64,000 bases of DNA, taken from NCBI RefSeq assembly GCF_006345805.1, contig NC_043009.1, positions 57,722,001-57,786,000 of the forward strand, given 5' to 3'. Below, in pieces: positions 40,787 through 55,559 of this stretch. The notes beneath the pieces were generated by a model that saw only the letters and a program-made list of their open reading frames with translations, was not told the origin of the DNA and searched no databases. A program made the translations under genes and the position numbers. This DNA comes from Octopus sinensis (taxonomy: Eukaryota). Within the stretch, counting starts at the first letter, position 1; each line of letters starts with the position of its first letter.

Positions 40787-41955
40787 TTATAGTATGTTTT
40801 GTTAAGAACGTAGTTGAGTACAGTATAAAGCTCGTCTACCTTCAGATGTCACCCTGGGCTATCCAGTAGTAGTAGTATTATATGTACTTTCAGTCATTTC
40901 AGGCCACGACAAACAGAGAGGATTCTCTTGAAGGCAAGAATTTGAACTCATAGAGACAATATTTACATATCGCTTGAGGAAACACAAGCTAGACCTCATA
41001 ATGCAGGGAAACGGCTGCGTGATCAAGTACCTGCACGCCTGGAAAACTACGTTGCGTAGAAACAATTGGAGTGATTGAAAATGAATATCAAACCGTACTC
41101 CTTGTTGCTGACTCCAAGTTTTTTCGATTAAACGCCCCCCCCCCTCCAATGAACGGTGCTGAGTTGTCGAACATTTAAACCAAATTTTCTCAAAACAACT
41201 TGTCCGACCGTCCCATGGGCCTCCTCTTTGAGAAACACTGATTTAACCTAAATTTGAGACACCAGCAAAAGAAGAAATAAAGATAGCCTTTTTTTCTATT
41301 CCAAAGAAAAGCGATTTTATTCACACAAATATGCAACCGAAGAGTTTAAAGTACCGGTAATGATAAGGCTGTTGACTGGGAGAACACAAACATGGTTTAA
41401 ACAGTAACTTTGGCAGGAGAGAAACGTGCCTTTAAGCAGTACAAAATATAAAAAAATGGAAGGTGCAGTTATTCAAGGAAGAAAATAGTATTTTCTTCCT
41501 TGAATAAAAAGCAATCACTGTTTTCTTTTCATTAATAAATAATTAAGCATGTGTTTATTTCAATAACATTTTCGGTTTTGTAGAACGAAGTTAAGGCAAA
41601 AAAAAAAAAAATTCTTGAGAAACCAAATAGTCTTTACTTCCTTTATGCCAAGTTTCAAGATATTATCTCTTTTGCATCTTACTTGATATATATACATATA
41701 TATATATATACAGACATAAATACATACATAGATGCATGTGCATATACGTATACGCATGCACATCGGGACTCCTAAGTATTTTTACACCTGCAGCTTGTCA
41801 CAGAAATTCGTGGAATTCTTTACTTACCCAGAAAATATTATTAACTTGCTGTACTAACAGAGAGCTTAAAAAGTATTTACCCGGATTGATAAGACCCCAC
41901 TAATAATAAATATGTATAAGATATATATATATATAATATATATATAATATATATA

Positions 41956-42032
<77 letters not shown>

Positions 42033-42261
42033 ATTATATTATTATTAGTAATTTTAACAGAGACAATTGAGTGGCTCAAGTACAGAGTTCCGGGCGTTTC
42101 TTTCATAAATGCAATCGCACGAAAATCTCAAGTCTTGATCAATCTGTCTTTTCTGTTAAATAGTAGAAAAATGTGTGTGTGTGTGTGTGTGATATATATA
42201 CATATGTATAAACATATATATAATATACATATACATATATAGACACACACACACAGACACA

Positions 42262-42315
<54 letters not shown>

Positions 42316-42469
42316 AGTATATATAATAACTGAGAAAGAAAATACTTGGTGATATTCGTTCTGCTCCAAGTTACAGACAATATCTTATCATTCAGACCGT
42401 CAGATACGGATACGTCCACTGCAGTGTTGTATCTAATGATGCTATTGTTCAGCAGTTGCATCTGACAAT

Positions 42470-42569
42470 CCATATATATATTTATATATATATATATATA
42501 TACATACATATATGTCTACATAGATACATACATAGATACATACATAACATACATACATACATCACACAC

Positions 42570-42628
<59 letters not shown>

Positions 42629-42986
42629 GCATACATACATAGATATAGAGAGATACTGGATATTTAAATACATGCATATTTACTTGAAAATATGGAAAAC
42701 ATATCTTTCGAAGTCAGATGTCCACAGGCTTTACATGAACGGATTATTAGGAGACGGAAGATTAGCAAAAATATAATCTAATTATGCGTATCAGCAACTG
42801 GATTCGAAGTACACATCAAAGTATACAAATTAAGACTGCTCTCACCATACATATACATACATATATATATATATATATTATATATATATTATATAATATA
42901 TATTATATTATATATATATATACATATATTATATATATATAATATATATATATATATGTATATATAGACATATATATATATTTATA

Positions 42987-43028
<42 letters not shown>

Positions 43029-43390
43029 GGCATATATATATTTATATATAGTGTATATATATATATATATATCTATATATATTATATATATTTGTGTGAT
43101 GTGTGTGTACATTCATACACACGACTATATATATACCTATTTAAATATATATATATTTAATATATAGATGTATATATATATATACAATATTTGTATGTTT
43201 GAGTGAATCTACATATATGTGTATATACACGTACGTATGTATGCGTGTATAAAGATGAAACATATCCATTCATATAAATATATATATACACAAATATATA
43301 TGTATATATATATATGTGCATATTGTATTTACATATATGTATGCATACATATACACACATACACATACACGTATAATTTTATATATATGC
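42470..43390. repeat. Compound (TA)n-rich microsatellite region
   Basis: Direct inspection; interrupted by a unique-looking stretch at about 42650-42845. Confidence 0.85.
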
Positions 43391-44007
43391 ACAAACAATA
43401 CGCTCACATAAACACGTATATATCCTCTTGGAGAAAAAAAAAAGGAACAGAATCCACACTCCATCCTGCATGTGGCAACAATATTCTGGAATTATCGAAG
43501 AAAAACTGGCGGAAATAACGTAGAAAGTCGATGTAGAGACCACAGAATTATGAAAAATGAGGAAAGATTTTCTATAAATAATACGCAAAGAAAAAATACC
43601 GTACAACAAAAACTTTAAAAAATGGTTGCCAAATATGTCATTGCATAATAGATTAACAAATGAGAATGCGTTATTATCAATAAATCAAAAAGTCGGGTTC
43701 TGCGTGGTCGCTCATTATGCTAGAAATAGCAGTAAATTCATCTTTATAGGAAACATTTCCTATCATTTTAATATATGAAAGATACTTTAGATAATTTAGT
43801 TATAGATAGTCGAGGTTCGTGATGAAAAAGAAATGAAGGCCACCAAAGCAAATTTTGTTCATTAAGGGACCTTTGGGGCCATTGACATGCTAGGCCAGGT
43901 CTGTGTTCATATAATTTATTATAAATAACACCGGATATTCCTCAATTGAGACGGTCCCAAGAAGGAGAGGAGGCACTGGAAATTATAAACTTGTAAGTAA
44001 ATACGGA

Positions 44008-44260
44008 GTGGAGGCGCGTTGCTTAGTGGTTAGGGTGTCAGCATCATGATCATAAGATTGTGGTTTCGATTCCTGGACCGGGCGATGCGTTGTGTTCTGG
44101 AGCAAAACACTTCATTTCACCTTGCTCCAGTCCACTCAGCTGGCAAAAAATGAGTAACGCTGCGATGGACTGCATCCCGTCCAGCTGGGGAACACATAAG
44201 CCATTGAAACCGGGAGACCGGGCCCATGAGCCTGGCTAGACTTTAAAAGGGCGCATTTAT
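44008..44260 (+). mobile_element. SINE family C, full length
   Basis: GGCGCGTTGCTTAGTGGTTAGGG head, GGTTTCGATTCC B-box-like motif, GCTCCAGTCCACTCAGCTGG and GCGATGGACTGCATCCCGTCCAG blocks. Confidence 0.8.
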
Positions 44261-44719
44261 TACTTATTTTTTATTTTTAAGTAAATACTGGAGAGGCATT
44301 GTTAAAATGTCTTTGATCACAATTTGGCTCGATCAGAGATATTTTAGGGGTATTTAACAGCAGACAGGCAGCGTGTGGGTTAGTGAATTAAATCGACTAT
44401 TATTTTACTACTATGCTATTTTATCGACCCGTTGTAATGATGAAAGGCATTGTTGCAGTCTGAGGAATGTGAACTCGGGTTTTAAAGGAATATCAACTCA
44501 GGTATCTGAGGAAGAAATATCAAAAGGCTTTTACTGTCCAACGCTTTAAGATTTTGCCAATCTCTGCCCACACAGTAGTAACAGAATATTTTCTCGAGCC
44601 CTACGACTCATAAAGCCGGCTACCCTGATTTGATGGTATATAAGTGACCGAGATCACAATATTCTCTTGAAAGGTATGCTGGTGTGTTGCAGGGTTCAAT
44701 GTCATCTACTTTGTGTGGA

Positions 44720-45310
44720 GGGAGCCGATTGATTTCATCGTCCACAGTGCTTAAATGGTGCTTAATTTAATTTATAATATCGACTCCGAAGGAAAGAAAA
44801 GCAAAATCTGCATTGCCGGAATTTGAACTCGGAACGTTAAGAGCTGGAAGAAATACCGGTTAGCATTTTGTCCGACGTGCGAACAATTCTTATTTCTTTA
44901 TTGCCCACAAGGGGCTAAACATAGAGGGGACAAACAAGGACAGACAAAGGGATTAAGTCGATTAGATCGACTCCAGTGCGTAACTGGTGTACTTATTAAT
45001 CGACCCCGAAAGGATGAAAGGCAAAGTCGACCTCGGCGGAATTTGAACTCAGAACATAACGGCAGACAAAATACCTATTTCTTTACTACCCATAAGGGGC
45101 TAAACACAGGGAGGACAAACAAGGACAGATAAACGGATTAAGTCGATTTAATCGACCCCAGTGCGTAACTGGTAATTATTTAGCCGACCCCGAAAGGATG
45201 AAAGGCAAAGTCGACCTCGGCGGAATTTGAACTCAGAACGTAAAGACAGACGCAATACCGCTAAGCATTTCGCCCGGTGTGCTAACGTTTATGGCAGCTC
45301 TCGCCAGCTT
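44720..45310 (-). mobile_element. SINE family B concatemer
   Basis: Head at about 45310, two full body units (junction 45068) and a further diverged unit. Confidence 0.9.
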
Positions 45311-46547
45311 ATAGCAAAAGCATTCACCCCGCCAAAATAAGAAAGAAAAAAAATATACGTCAATAATGTTACTACAAAATGGCATTACAACAAAGGATCC
45401 GATAAAATTTATAAGCATCGCATATAAAGAATGTGAGAGACATGATTAAGATAATGGGTATTTAATGGTTTAACTTTTGGATACGTTAATTGGTAAATAC
45501 TAGTGTATTTATTACTTGTTCTCCACCTGGTCAGTTAGTGATCAGGGTATTTTTGACGTTGAAAGAAACAAGTGTCGGAAACCCAATGCAAGGCAGACAA
45601 CTGCAACATAATTCATTTGCAAGGCACTGTTTTTCGCTACTTTTCACGCTCCTGTTCTGTTTATATCTTTCACTGTAATATATACACAATCATCCACGCA
45701 TATACACATGTATATACACATGCATAGACACATTCTTATCTACACTCATACTTAGATCTATGCTAATGTAAATACAAGTCCGTATATGCATAAAATAGCT
45801 AATTAATATTTTAACGACTCTGTTGACTATTGTACAATATGCAAATGATTCTAGCCTTTTTCCGCTGGATCCTAAATTGGGCCTGATTTAAATAAAGATT
45901 GTTATCAAATTCTCTTCGTTGACAGAATAAAAAAAAAATGGTCATTCCTCATTGGAATATGCTCGCATAATCTGATTATTTTTTCTGAGCAAGGCAAAAA
46001 TTACAAACGGCATTTATGATAACTATTTCATTCCACTACATAAACGGTATAAGCTGTATCAGAATATTTATACTAAATTTATCTCAACATGTATGTGTGT
46101 TTGTGTGTGTTGCGTAGCTTATTAGTGTTGAGGGTATCCGGTTCACGTAAAGTGGTGAGTTCACTAACTGGCAGCGCATTTTCTCTTAAGTAAGACACTT
46201 TATTTCACGTTGCTCTGGGGAATTTCAACCGTGTTTCGTGGTCTGCTATCACAACAGATCTTTTATAGGATCCAGTTAGCTCAAGACATCATCAGGAGGA
46301 ACCACGTCCGGTTTCGGCCCAACTCCTCTACCGTTTTGACGTTCCAAGTTTTAATTCCGACTTATCCTTCCATTCCTTCGGGGTCGATAAAATAAGTACC
46401 GCCGAAACACTATGGTCGATGTAATCGACTTTATGCTACCCTGTAACTTTCTGGCCTTGTGCCAAATTTCAGACCATAATTATATGTAATAAAATCTAAA
46501 ACATTTAGTGTATTGTAGAAGTATCTTCTTTTATCTTTTTTCTTTTA

Positions 46548-46935
46548 TCTTTTACTTGTTTCAGTCATTTGACTGCGCCCATGCTGGGGCACCGCCTTTT
46601 AGTCGAGCAAATCGACCCCGGGACTTATTCTTTGTAAGCCCAGTACTTATTCTATCGGTCTCTTTTTGCCGAACCGCTAAGTGACGGGGACGTAAACACA
46701 CCAGCATTGGTTGTCAAGCAATGCTAGGGGGACAAACACAAACACACACGCATATATATATATACATATATACGACAGGCTTCTTTCAGTTTCCGTCTAC
46801 CAAATCCACTCACAAGGCATTGGTCGGCCCGGGGCTATAGCAGAAGACACTTGCCCAAGATGCCACGCAGTGGGACTGAACCCGGAACCATGTGGTTGGT
46901 TAGCAAGCTACTTACCACACAGCCACTCCTGCGCC
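46548..46935 (-). mobile_element. SINE family A, full length
   Basis: Reverse complement colinear with 9109-9526. Confidence 0.9.
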
Positions 46936-48229
46936 TATAACTATATTGCTCATAGAATTTAACAACAAAATTTTGGTCATAGGTTTTAACAACAAAATAG
47001 CCTTTAACAATATGGACCTACCAGGGCCATACGGGCTCCGGTTTAGAAACATTGCCTTACACTGATCTATGGCGCTTCCAATAAAGACTATGTGTTACCT
47101 TCATGGTGAAGACACTTTTCCTTGTAACCAAACTTGTCGCATTATCACGCAGTTACTAGTCTTTCTTTTATTTTGTCTCTTCAGAACAGAATGTATTGAC
47201 AGAGACCAAATTATATAAGTATTACAGCGAATTTAATCCGGTGATCTCCTCCTGTTTTGTGCCAACTGAAATTCCCAACTTCTTTTATGTAAGAAATATT
47301 AAAATTTTAAAATCTAATTATAATGACAGATGACAAACTGGATTAAACTAGTTTTCCTATATTGAAGAATTGATACTGAAATTTAATTAAAATTCCCCAA
47401 TATTATATATGAATTCCACCTTTCTTCTTATTCGCAGCTTTATCGAAAATGTTAGCTTTGTTTGTTTGCTTCGAAATAAAATATAATTAATTTATTGTGT
47501 GTGTGTGTGTGTGTAAATTTATCAATTAATTACTTTCTGTAATACGTTTGTCTCATTTAGAGAAACATTGCACCACCTAAATAAATATATCACCATCTAC
47601 AACGTTGTGTCGAAGACTACGTCGTTGGGTTTGTATAAGTTACAAATTGTAAACTCAATTGCAATAATTTCTCTCCAGTTATTTTGAGAATAAAGGAAAA
47701 AATATTTCTTTATTCTTTCTGATGAAAAAGGAGATAATTTTTGCAAGGGAGTTGTAACAACCATCTCAACTAAATGGAAAAACTAAGCTAATGTGTGTCT
47801 TTGTGTGGGTGTTTGTCCCCGCATTACCGTTTGACAACCGGTGTTGGTGTGTTTATGTTCCGTAACTGAGCGGTTCGACAAACAAGACCATAGATAAGTA
47901 GAGGGCGTAAGGAATATGTCTCGAGGTCAATTTGTTCGACTAAAACCCTTTAAGGTGGTGCGACAGCATGGCCGGAGTCAAATGGCTGAAATAAGAAAGT
48001 AAAAGGCGAAAAAAGTAAAAAAAAAAAAAAAAAAAGAAAACAATTGAAAGCCAAGAAAACGCTGGGAAATGAAGGTCTCCCCTGAAGAAAGGACAGCACA
48101 GATTCGAGAAGAGTGTAAAACAGTCATCGATGGCTTATGCTCCGTAGGGAGAGAAAGACATAGGTAAAGTTATTCATTTCAAAATCGGTGCAATTTCACC
48201 GACGAACGTAGACTCACGAATACCATCAA

Positions 48230-48812
48230 CCAAAGCTGGCAGAAACGTTAGCACGCCGGCCGAAATGCGTAGCCGTATTTCGTCCGCCGCTGCGTTCCGA
48301 GTTCAAATCCCGCCGAGGTCGACTTTGCCTTTCATCCTTTCAAGGTTGATTAAATAAGTACCAGTTACGCACTGGGGTCGATATAATCGACTTAATCCGT
48401 TTGTCTGTCGTTGTTTGTTCTCTCTGTGGGTAGTAACGAAATAAGTATTTCGTCTGCCGTTACGTTCTGAGTTCAAATTCCGCCGTGGTTGACTTTGCCT
48501 CTCATCCTTTTGAGCTCGATAAATTAAGTACCAGTGACGCACTGGGGTCGATGCAATCGACTTAATCCGTTTGTCTGTCCTTGTTTGTCCCCTCTGTGTT
48601 TAGTCCCTTGTTGGTAGTAGAGAAATAGGTATTTTGTCTGCCGTTACGTTGCGAGTTCAAATTCTGCCGAGGTCGACTTTGCCTTTCATCCTTTCGGGGT
48701 CGATAAATTAAGTACCAGTTACGCACTGGGGTCGATATAATTGACTTAATCCCTTTGTCTGTCCTTGTTTGTCTCCTCTATGTTCAGCCCTCTGTGGGCA
48801 ATAAAGAAATAA
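48230..48812 (+). mobile_element. SINE family B concatemer (head + 3 body units)
   Basis: Junctions GAAATAAGTATTTC (48438) and GAAATAGGTATTTT (48622). Confidence 0.9.
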
Positions 48813-49204
48813 GATATATATATATATGGCGTGCCGTTAGCGCGGGAAATAAGAAAATGGTAATACTTCCTTGTTACAGATGTGCGATACTACAGCTGCA
48901 ACGAAAAAAACAACAAAAACTACAAAGACAAGGGATTTGATGATTTGCGTTGCGGAAGATAATTAATTATACAATGAAGCTTTGTGGTAGTGTGAAAAGC
49001 ACACGTATTGGAACATTCTTTATGGCTGTGCGAAGGGTATAGACCCATTGACAAAGACGGCGCAAACCGCCATAGATTAACCGCTATAGCTTATGTTCTC
49101 AAGGTGCAGTTTTATCTGTATCTCATTCCCCGGCGCATCATACCACGCTAAATCTTGCATATACACACATGCAAACACTCTGAAGTTAAAACAGTCACAT
49201 ACAC

Positions 49205-49248
<44 letters not shown>

Positions 49249-49496
49249 ACGCACATGCATAGAAACAATCGCACATATACACACACATACATACAGGCAA
49301 GCTGGCATTACAGGCTTGTATATGTATATACTCATGCATACCTACATACACACTTACGCACACACACACACACATACACACACACACACTCTCTCTTACA
49401 CACACATACGTACATTCTGTCAAGTCGAATAAATTTTCTTGAAAAATTTCATATATACAAATATAATTTCATATTATATGACATCAAATATATATA

Positions 49497-49548
<52 letters not shown>

Positions 49549-50696
49549 GGGGTATCCATATGTACATTATACACACATACACACAGACTCGGTATTTCAA
49601 ATATACAAAAATATTCAAAATAACGTGGCACGTTATCGTTCGTTATCGTTGTCTGTACAATTTCACTTCAGTGAATCTTGTGGCAAGACAAATTATTTTT
49701 CAGAAAAATTCACAATATTTCAAAGTATGTTTACGCTTTATGACTGCCGAATATTTATATGTATACAAAATTTTGTATATAAATAGATGCTCAAAATTTC
49801 TGGGGGTATCAACATTGTGCTGTGTCATTTCACATTCATATATTAAGTACTTTGTGTTACGCATCGACATTACTTTCATCCACCCCCGTAGCTTTGTCTA
49901 CGAGTATAAGGTGATCTTTGTTTTTATGATATCTACACGAAACATCACAGTTTCTCAGCGAATCGTTTTTTTTTTTTCACAATCTTCACAAGAGTCCAAA
50001 ACATCCCAGAATAATCCATGAAGAAACAATTGCCAAACCGCATTCTTCAATATACAACAGAGAAGATGTTGAAAGGGTGGAACATTTCAAAGAAGTGGTA
50101 AAGTATGAATGTTACTATATGGTGACATTGTCTTTTTATTTCTTCCATCAGTTATTCTTTACTCTTTGTCTTTCTGCTTCTCACACTGAGGCTCTCTATC
50201 TTTCTCATGCACACATGCACACACTTCCTTACGAATCTTTCTTAGTCGGCGATACTATAAAGAATACACATGACTATACTATAGCGACTAAAGGTACAGG
50301 TTTGTACATTATACTTTCAAGAAATCAGTAGGTGGTTTGAAAACGATTATGGCCGATAATTTATTATTTGTGTCATTAAATTTTCTCTTACGTATAAATT
50401 ATTCAGGAAGTATGGCCTACATTTCATGTTTGAAATGAAACACATGCACACACACACGCACGCACGCACGCACGCACGCACACATACACCAACACACGCA
50501 CGCACACTCGCGCGCACACCACACGAACACACACACACGCACACACGCATCCACACACAGATAGATGTAGATAGGAAGGTAGATAGGCAAAGACTTTTCA
50601 ATGCAAAGAGCATTAAAGACAATTGTGCTATAATTTATTTAGTCAAACATGAAAGAAATGTTTCTGTGTTATTTCGCACTTGAGCAACGCCAACTG

Positions 50697-50736
<40 letters not shown>

Positions 50737-50889
50737 ACACACACACACACACGCGCGCACACATACACACATTAAAGAATGCCCGGCGTTGTCCGGGAAA
50801 TATGCAGTTGAGCAGTTTCCGAGATTTCGATGTTGTATAACATTCTCAAATTCATTTTCTTCAGTATAACTCTGACCCTAATCTATATA

Positions 50890-51270
50890 TATTACTTTCT
50901 ACTCTAGGAACAAGGCCCGAAATTTTGGAGGAGGGCGCCGGCAGATTAGATCGATTCCTGCATGCAACTGGTACTTAATATATCGACCCCGAAGGATGAA
51001 AGTCGACCTCGGCGGAATTTGAACTCAGAACGTAAAGACAGACGAAATACCACTAAGCATTTCGCTCGCCGCATTTATACTCATACCACCACATAATCTT
51101 TTCTATTCTAGGCACAAGGCCCGAAATTTTTGGGGATCGACCTCAGTACGCAACTGGTACTTAATTTATCGGCCCCGAAAGGATCAAATGCAAACTCAGA
51201 ACGTGAAGAGAAACGAAATATCGCTAAGCATTTCGCTCGGCATGCTAACGTTTTTGTTAATTTGCTGCCT
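50890..51270 (-). mobile_element. SINE family B variant, two tandem units with a different 3' tail
   Basis: CTAGG(A/C)ACAAGGCCCGAAATTTT tail, also seen at 17565 and 17975. Confidence 0.75.
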
Positions 51271-52861
51271 TCCTAACCTATATACTTTAAACGTAATCTC
51301 GAATAACTTATCCCTGATTTCCTAACCCTAATGCTAAACTCAAGCCCTTATCTTAAACTCTTAACTCTAACGTCAATGCTTTATCTCCACGCAGGAGACA
51401 TCTTGCAAAATTGTAGTTCCAGTGTTTAGTGCTACCAAGTGAGATAAAAATCATCCGAAAAAAGGCAAGAAATAGAAAATTTATTGCCCGTGATGTACTT
51501 CGAAAGGAAAGGAGTAGAAAGGGTAAGAATTAAAAATTAAAAGCAAGGCTGGGATTTTGAAATATTTTCATCAGAATCACGAAAAAAGTTTTCCCCAAAA
51601 TAGTAAAAAAAAAAAAAAAGTGAGAGAGAGAGAAAAATGTTAGGCTGTTGGGTTTCATGTTGTACAACACAACTCCACTAGTATATGTTGTTTAATGCAC
51701 ATGTAAATTGCATGAAAATAGAACGGCATTCATTGTTTTGTGGCTAAGAATTTCAATTTGTAGCGAGAGAGTACTTGAGTTAATTTCTCATATTTAATTA
51801 CGGTAGTAATGCTTCCATTATTGGAAATGAAATATTTTGTGTAGTTTTTCGTTTTCAGTAGTCTATGAAAGCGAAAGTATAAAATTTGACAAAACGTAGG
51901 TGGAATGCAAACGAAAAATAAAATTGATTCACTACCAAAAGTAACTATCGAAGAAAGAAAGAAAAAAAAAAACAAGAAAAAAAAAATGAAAGAAAAGACC
52001 GTTATAATGCCGCCATCCACTGTGACATTGTCACTGAAAAATTGGATTCAAGAATATTTTTAATTAAAATCCCAATTAGCACGAGTAATGCATGACTATT
52101 AACAACTCAGCTCTGTTGAAAGTCAACAGCAAATGCATGAGACAATTACATCAACAACACAGACTCTAGACGCCGACACACATACTCACACGATAAACCT
52201 TTTACTCGTGCACACATACAATGCACCCTAAGCATTTCTAAGATTTTATTTTCTGATGCGAGGAAACACACTCACACACACACACACATGCGTATATATC
52301 ATCACAATCACCATCATTATGACCACCATCATCATCATCGCCATCATTTAACATCAGTTTTCCAAGTTGGCATGGGTCTGACGGGTTGATGGGAGCTGTT
52401 CAGCCGGAGAGCCAGGACTGAAAATATTGTCTATTGTGGCATGGTTTCTACGGCATATACACACACACGTACGCGCATGCACGAACACACACACACACAC
52501 ACACGCGTGTGTGTGTGTGTAAATGAAGATATATTATTAATATTTCATAGAAGCAACAGACTGACTCAAGAGTCTAGTCTCGTGTGTTACTCCTTCTCAA
52601 ACTCTGTTGCTTCAGCTAAATATTAAATAGCAATAAAAACAAAACAAATATATATACTCAATTATTGATTCTATTTTTCCTATTCACCCAAGCTATACAT
52701 ATGCCTGTGTGTGTGCCTGTGTACACGCACGCCTGTATGTGTATGTGTTTGTAAATATACGAAACTACAAACACACACTCTCACACACACACACACGCAC
52801 ATAAACTCGTTTATAGATATACATGCATCAACTACATATGTTTCTGAATGCATTTGAAACG

Positions 52862-53948
52862 TCGCAGGCATGGCTGTGTTGTAAATAGCTTGCTTACCAA
52901 CCATATGGTTCCGGGTTCAGTCCCACTGCTTGGCAACTTAGGTAAGTGTTTTTTGCTATAGCCTCGAGCCGACCAAATCCTTCTGAATGGATCTGGTAGA
53001 CGGAAACGGCATAAAAACTGTCCTATATATATATATATATGTTCTTTTACTTGTTTCAATCATTTTGACTGCGGCCATGCTGGAGTACTGCCTTTAGTCG
53101 AACAAATCGACCGCCAGCACTTTGTAAGCCTAGTACGTATTCTATCGGTATCTTTTGCCGAACCGCTAAGTTACCGAGACGTAAACGCACCAGCATCGGT
53201 TGTTAGGCGATGGTGAAGGGGACAAACACAGACACACAAACACACACACACACACACACATGAAAGAACTGAAAGAAGCCCGTCGTATATATGTATATAT
53301 ATATGTATGTGTGTGTATATGTTTGTGTGTCTGTGTTTGCCCCCCCCCCCCAACGTCGCTTGCCGATCGATGGTAGTGTGTTTACGTCCCCGTAACTTAG
53401 CGGTTCGGCAAAAAGTAACCGATAGAATAAAGACTACGCTTACAAAGAATAAGTCCTGGGGTCGATTTGCTCGGCTAAAAAGGCGGTGCTCCAGCATGGC
53501 AACAGTCAAATGACTGAAACAAGTAAAAGAGTAAAGAGTATACTTCCTAAGTAGCTTGCTTACCAACCACATAGTCCTGGGTTCATTCCCACTGCATGGC
53601 ACCTTGGCCAAGTGCTTTCTACTATAGCCTGGGGCCGACCAAAGCCTTGTGTGTGGATTTGGTAGGCGGAAGCTGAAAGAAGCCCGTCGTATATATATGA
53701 ATGTGTGTGTGTGTGTGTGTGTTTGTGTCTGTGTTTGTTCCCCCAACATCGCTTGACGCTTGACAACCGATGCTGGTGTGTTTACTGTAACCCCCGTAAC
53801 TTATCGGTTCGGCAAAGAGAGACCGATAGAATAAGGACTACGCTTACAAAGAATAAGTCCTGGGGTAGATTTGCTCGGCTGAAAAGGCGGTGCTCCAGCA
53901 TGGCCGCAGTCAAATGGCTGAAACAAGTGAAAGAGTAAAAAAGAGTAA
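52862..53948. mobile_element. Cluster of SINE family A pieces in mixed orientation
   Basis: 5' half + (52862-53035), 3' half - (53040-53260), 3' half + (53265-53535), full copy + (53548-53948). Confidence 0.85.
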
Positions 53949-54284
53949 AGCGTAACCTCTTTAGCGTGTATGCGTGAAGACTGAAGTACCAAATGCCTCG
54001 CAGTATATTACATTCCCAATGACATCTTGTCTCAATTGGTGGTAAAATTGTGGGGTGAATTTTATGATAGACACGAGACCACACACTTTGCTGTAGAATG
54101 GGAACAGTTTAATTCTGACAGCACGCGCCCCCACCCCGATTACTCGCCGATATTTGGAGGCTGTTACTTGTTTTATTGACGGCACAATTGTAAATATGCT
54201 GAACCATTTCTTACCTTTTTTTTTATTAGGTGCAGAAAGACAAAAAAAAAAACCAGAAAAAAAGTCATACGAGCACCGAAGCAT

Positions 54285-54336
54285 AACTACTACTACTTCT
54301 ACTACTACTACTACTACAACTACTACCACCACCACC

Positions 54337-54431
<95 letters not shown>

Positions 54432-54496
54432 TAATAACAATAATAATAATACTACCAACACCAGCACCACCACCACCACTACTACTACCACTACTG

Positions 54497-54528
<32 letters not shown>

Positions 54529-54660
54529 ACCGCTGCTGCTGCTATCATTATGAACACCACTCGTACCGTTATTACCTCCCTCACCACCACCACCAGCACC
54601 ATCTCCACTACAATCTACAGTAACTCCACCTCCCTCACCACTACCATCGTATCATCGTCG
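54285..54660. repeat. Compound (ACT)n/(AAT)n/(GCT)n/(ACC)n microsatellite
   Basis: Direct inspection. Confidence 0.95.
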
Positions 54661-55503
54661 CGGCCACCATCATCACCACTTAACAACAACCTTGGATGAT
54701 AACATTGTTTGACATTCATGTCTTCTAGAAGAACACGGTTGCCAGTCTCTTCCTTTTATTTATTATTATTATTATTATTATATTTTTTTTTTTGATATGT
54801 AGAATCAAATTATTTCGTGCCTTAACTAAGAATTGAAACTGTTTCACAGAAAATTGATGCCCCTTGAGAATCATTGTTCATCTTTGATGAGATTAACAGA
54901 GCAAAAGCAGGAGGAATATTTCTATGTTTGCGATTCTTTCATGAAGGCCATCCTCTCCTCCTCTCTCCTTCCTCCTCGTTCGCTCACCCAACTCCCGTCC
55001 TCTTCCCATCCTCCAATTCTTTATCTGATGTGTATCGAGTGATTTTAGCAAACAGAAGTCTAGCACCAAGATAACCGGAGAAGAGGAACATACACCCTTC
55101 AATTCGCCACCGGCCTAGAGGACCCACCCTTATCTCACACCTATATCTTCTTCATACTCCCGTGGGGGGGATGGGGACAGTAGCTAGACGAGGGAGTGTG
55201 TGTATTTCTAGTGAAAAATTAGCCATCCGTGACGTGTCTATCTGTTTTCGTAAACTTTCAGAGTCGACCGCACACTGGTGCTTGTATGATTGTCTGTCTG
55301 TCTATCAGTCTGCTTGTCAATCTCTCTAGCTATCTGTCGTCTGTCTATTTGTCATGTAAAGACAGTGGCTACAGATAGTGAACGGATCTCCATCCAATTC
55401 GACGATGACTCGTGCAATTGTTCCATTAACTGAATGGCCTATTCATAAATTGTATGATTGAGTATTCCTAAAATAATAATAATTGTATGATTGAGTATTC
55501 CTA

Positions 55504-55559
<56 letters not shown>

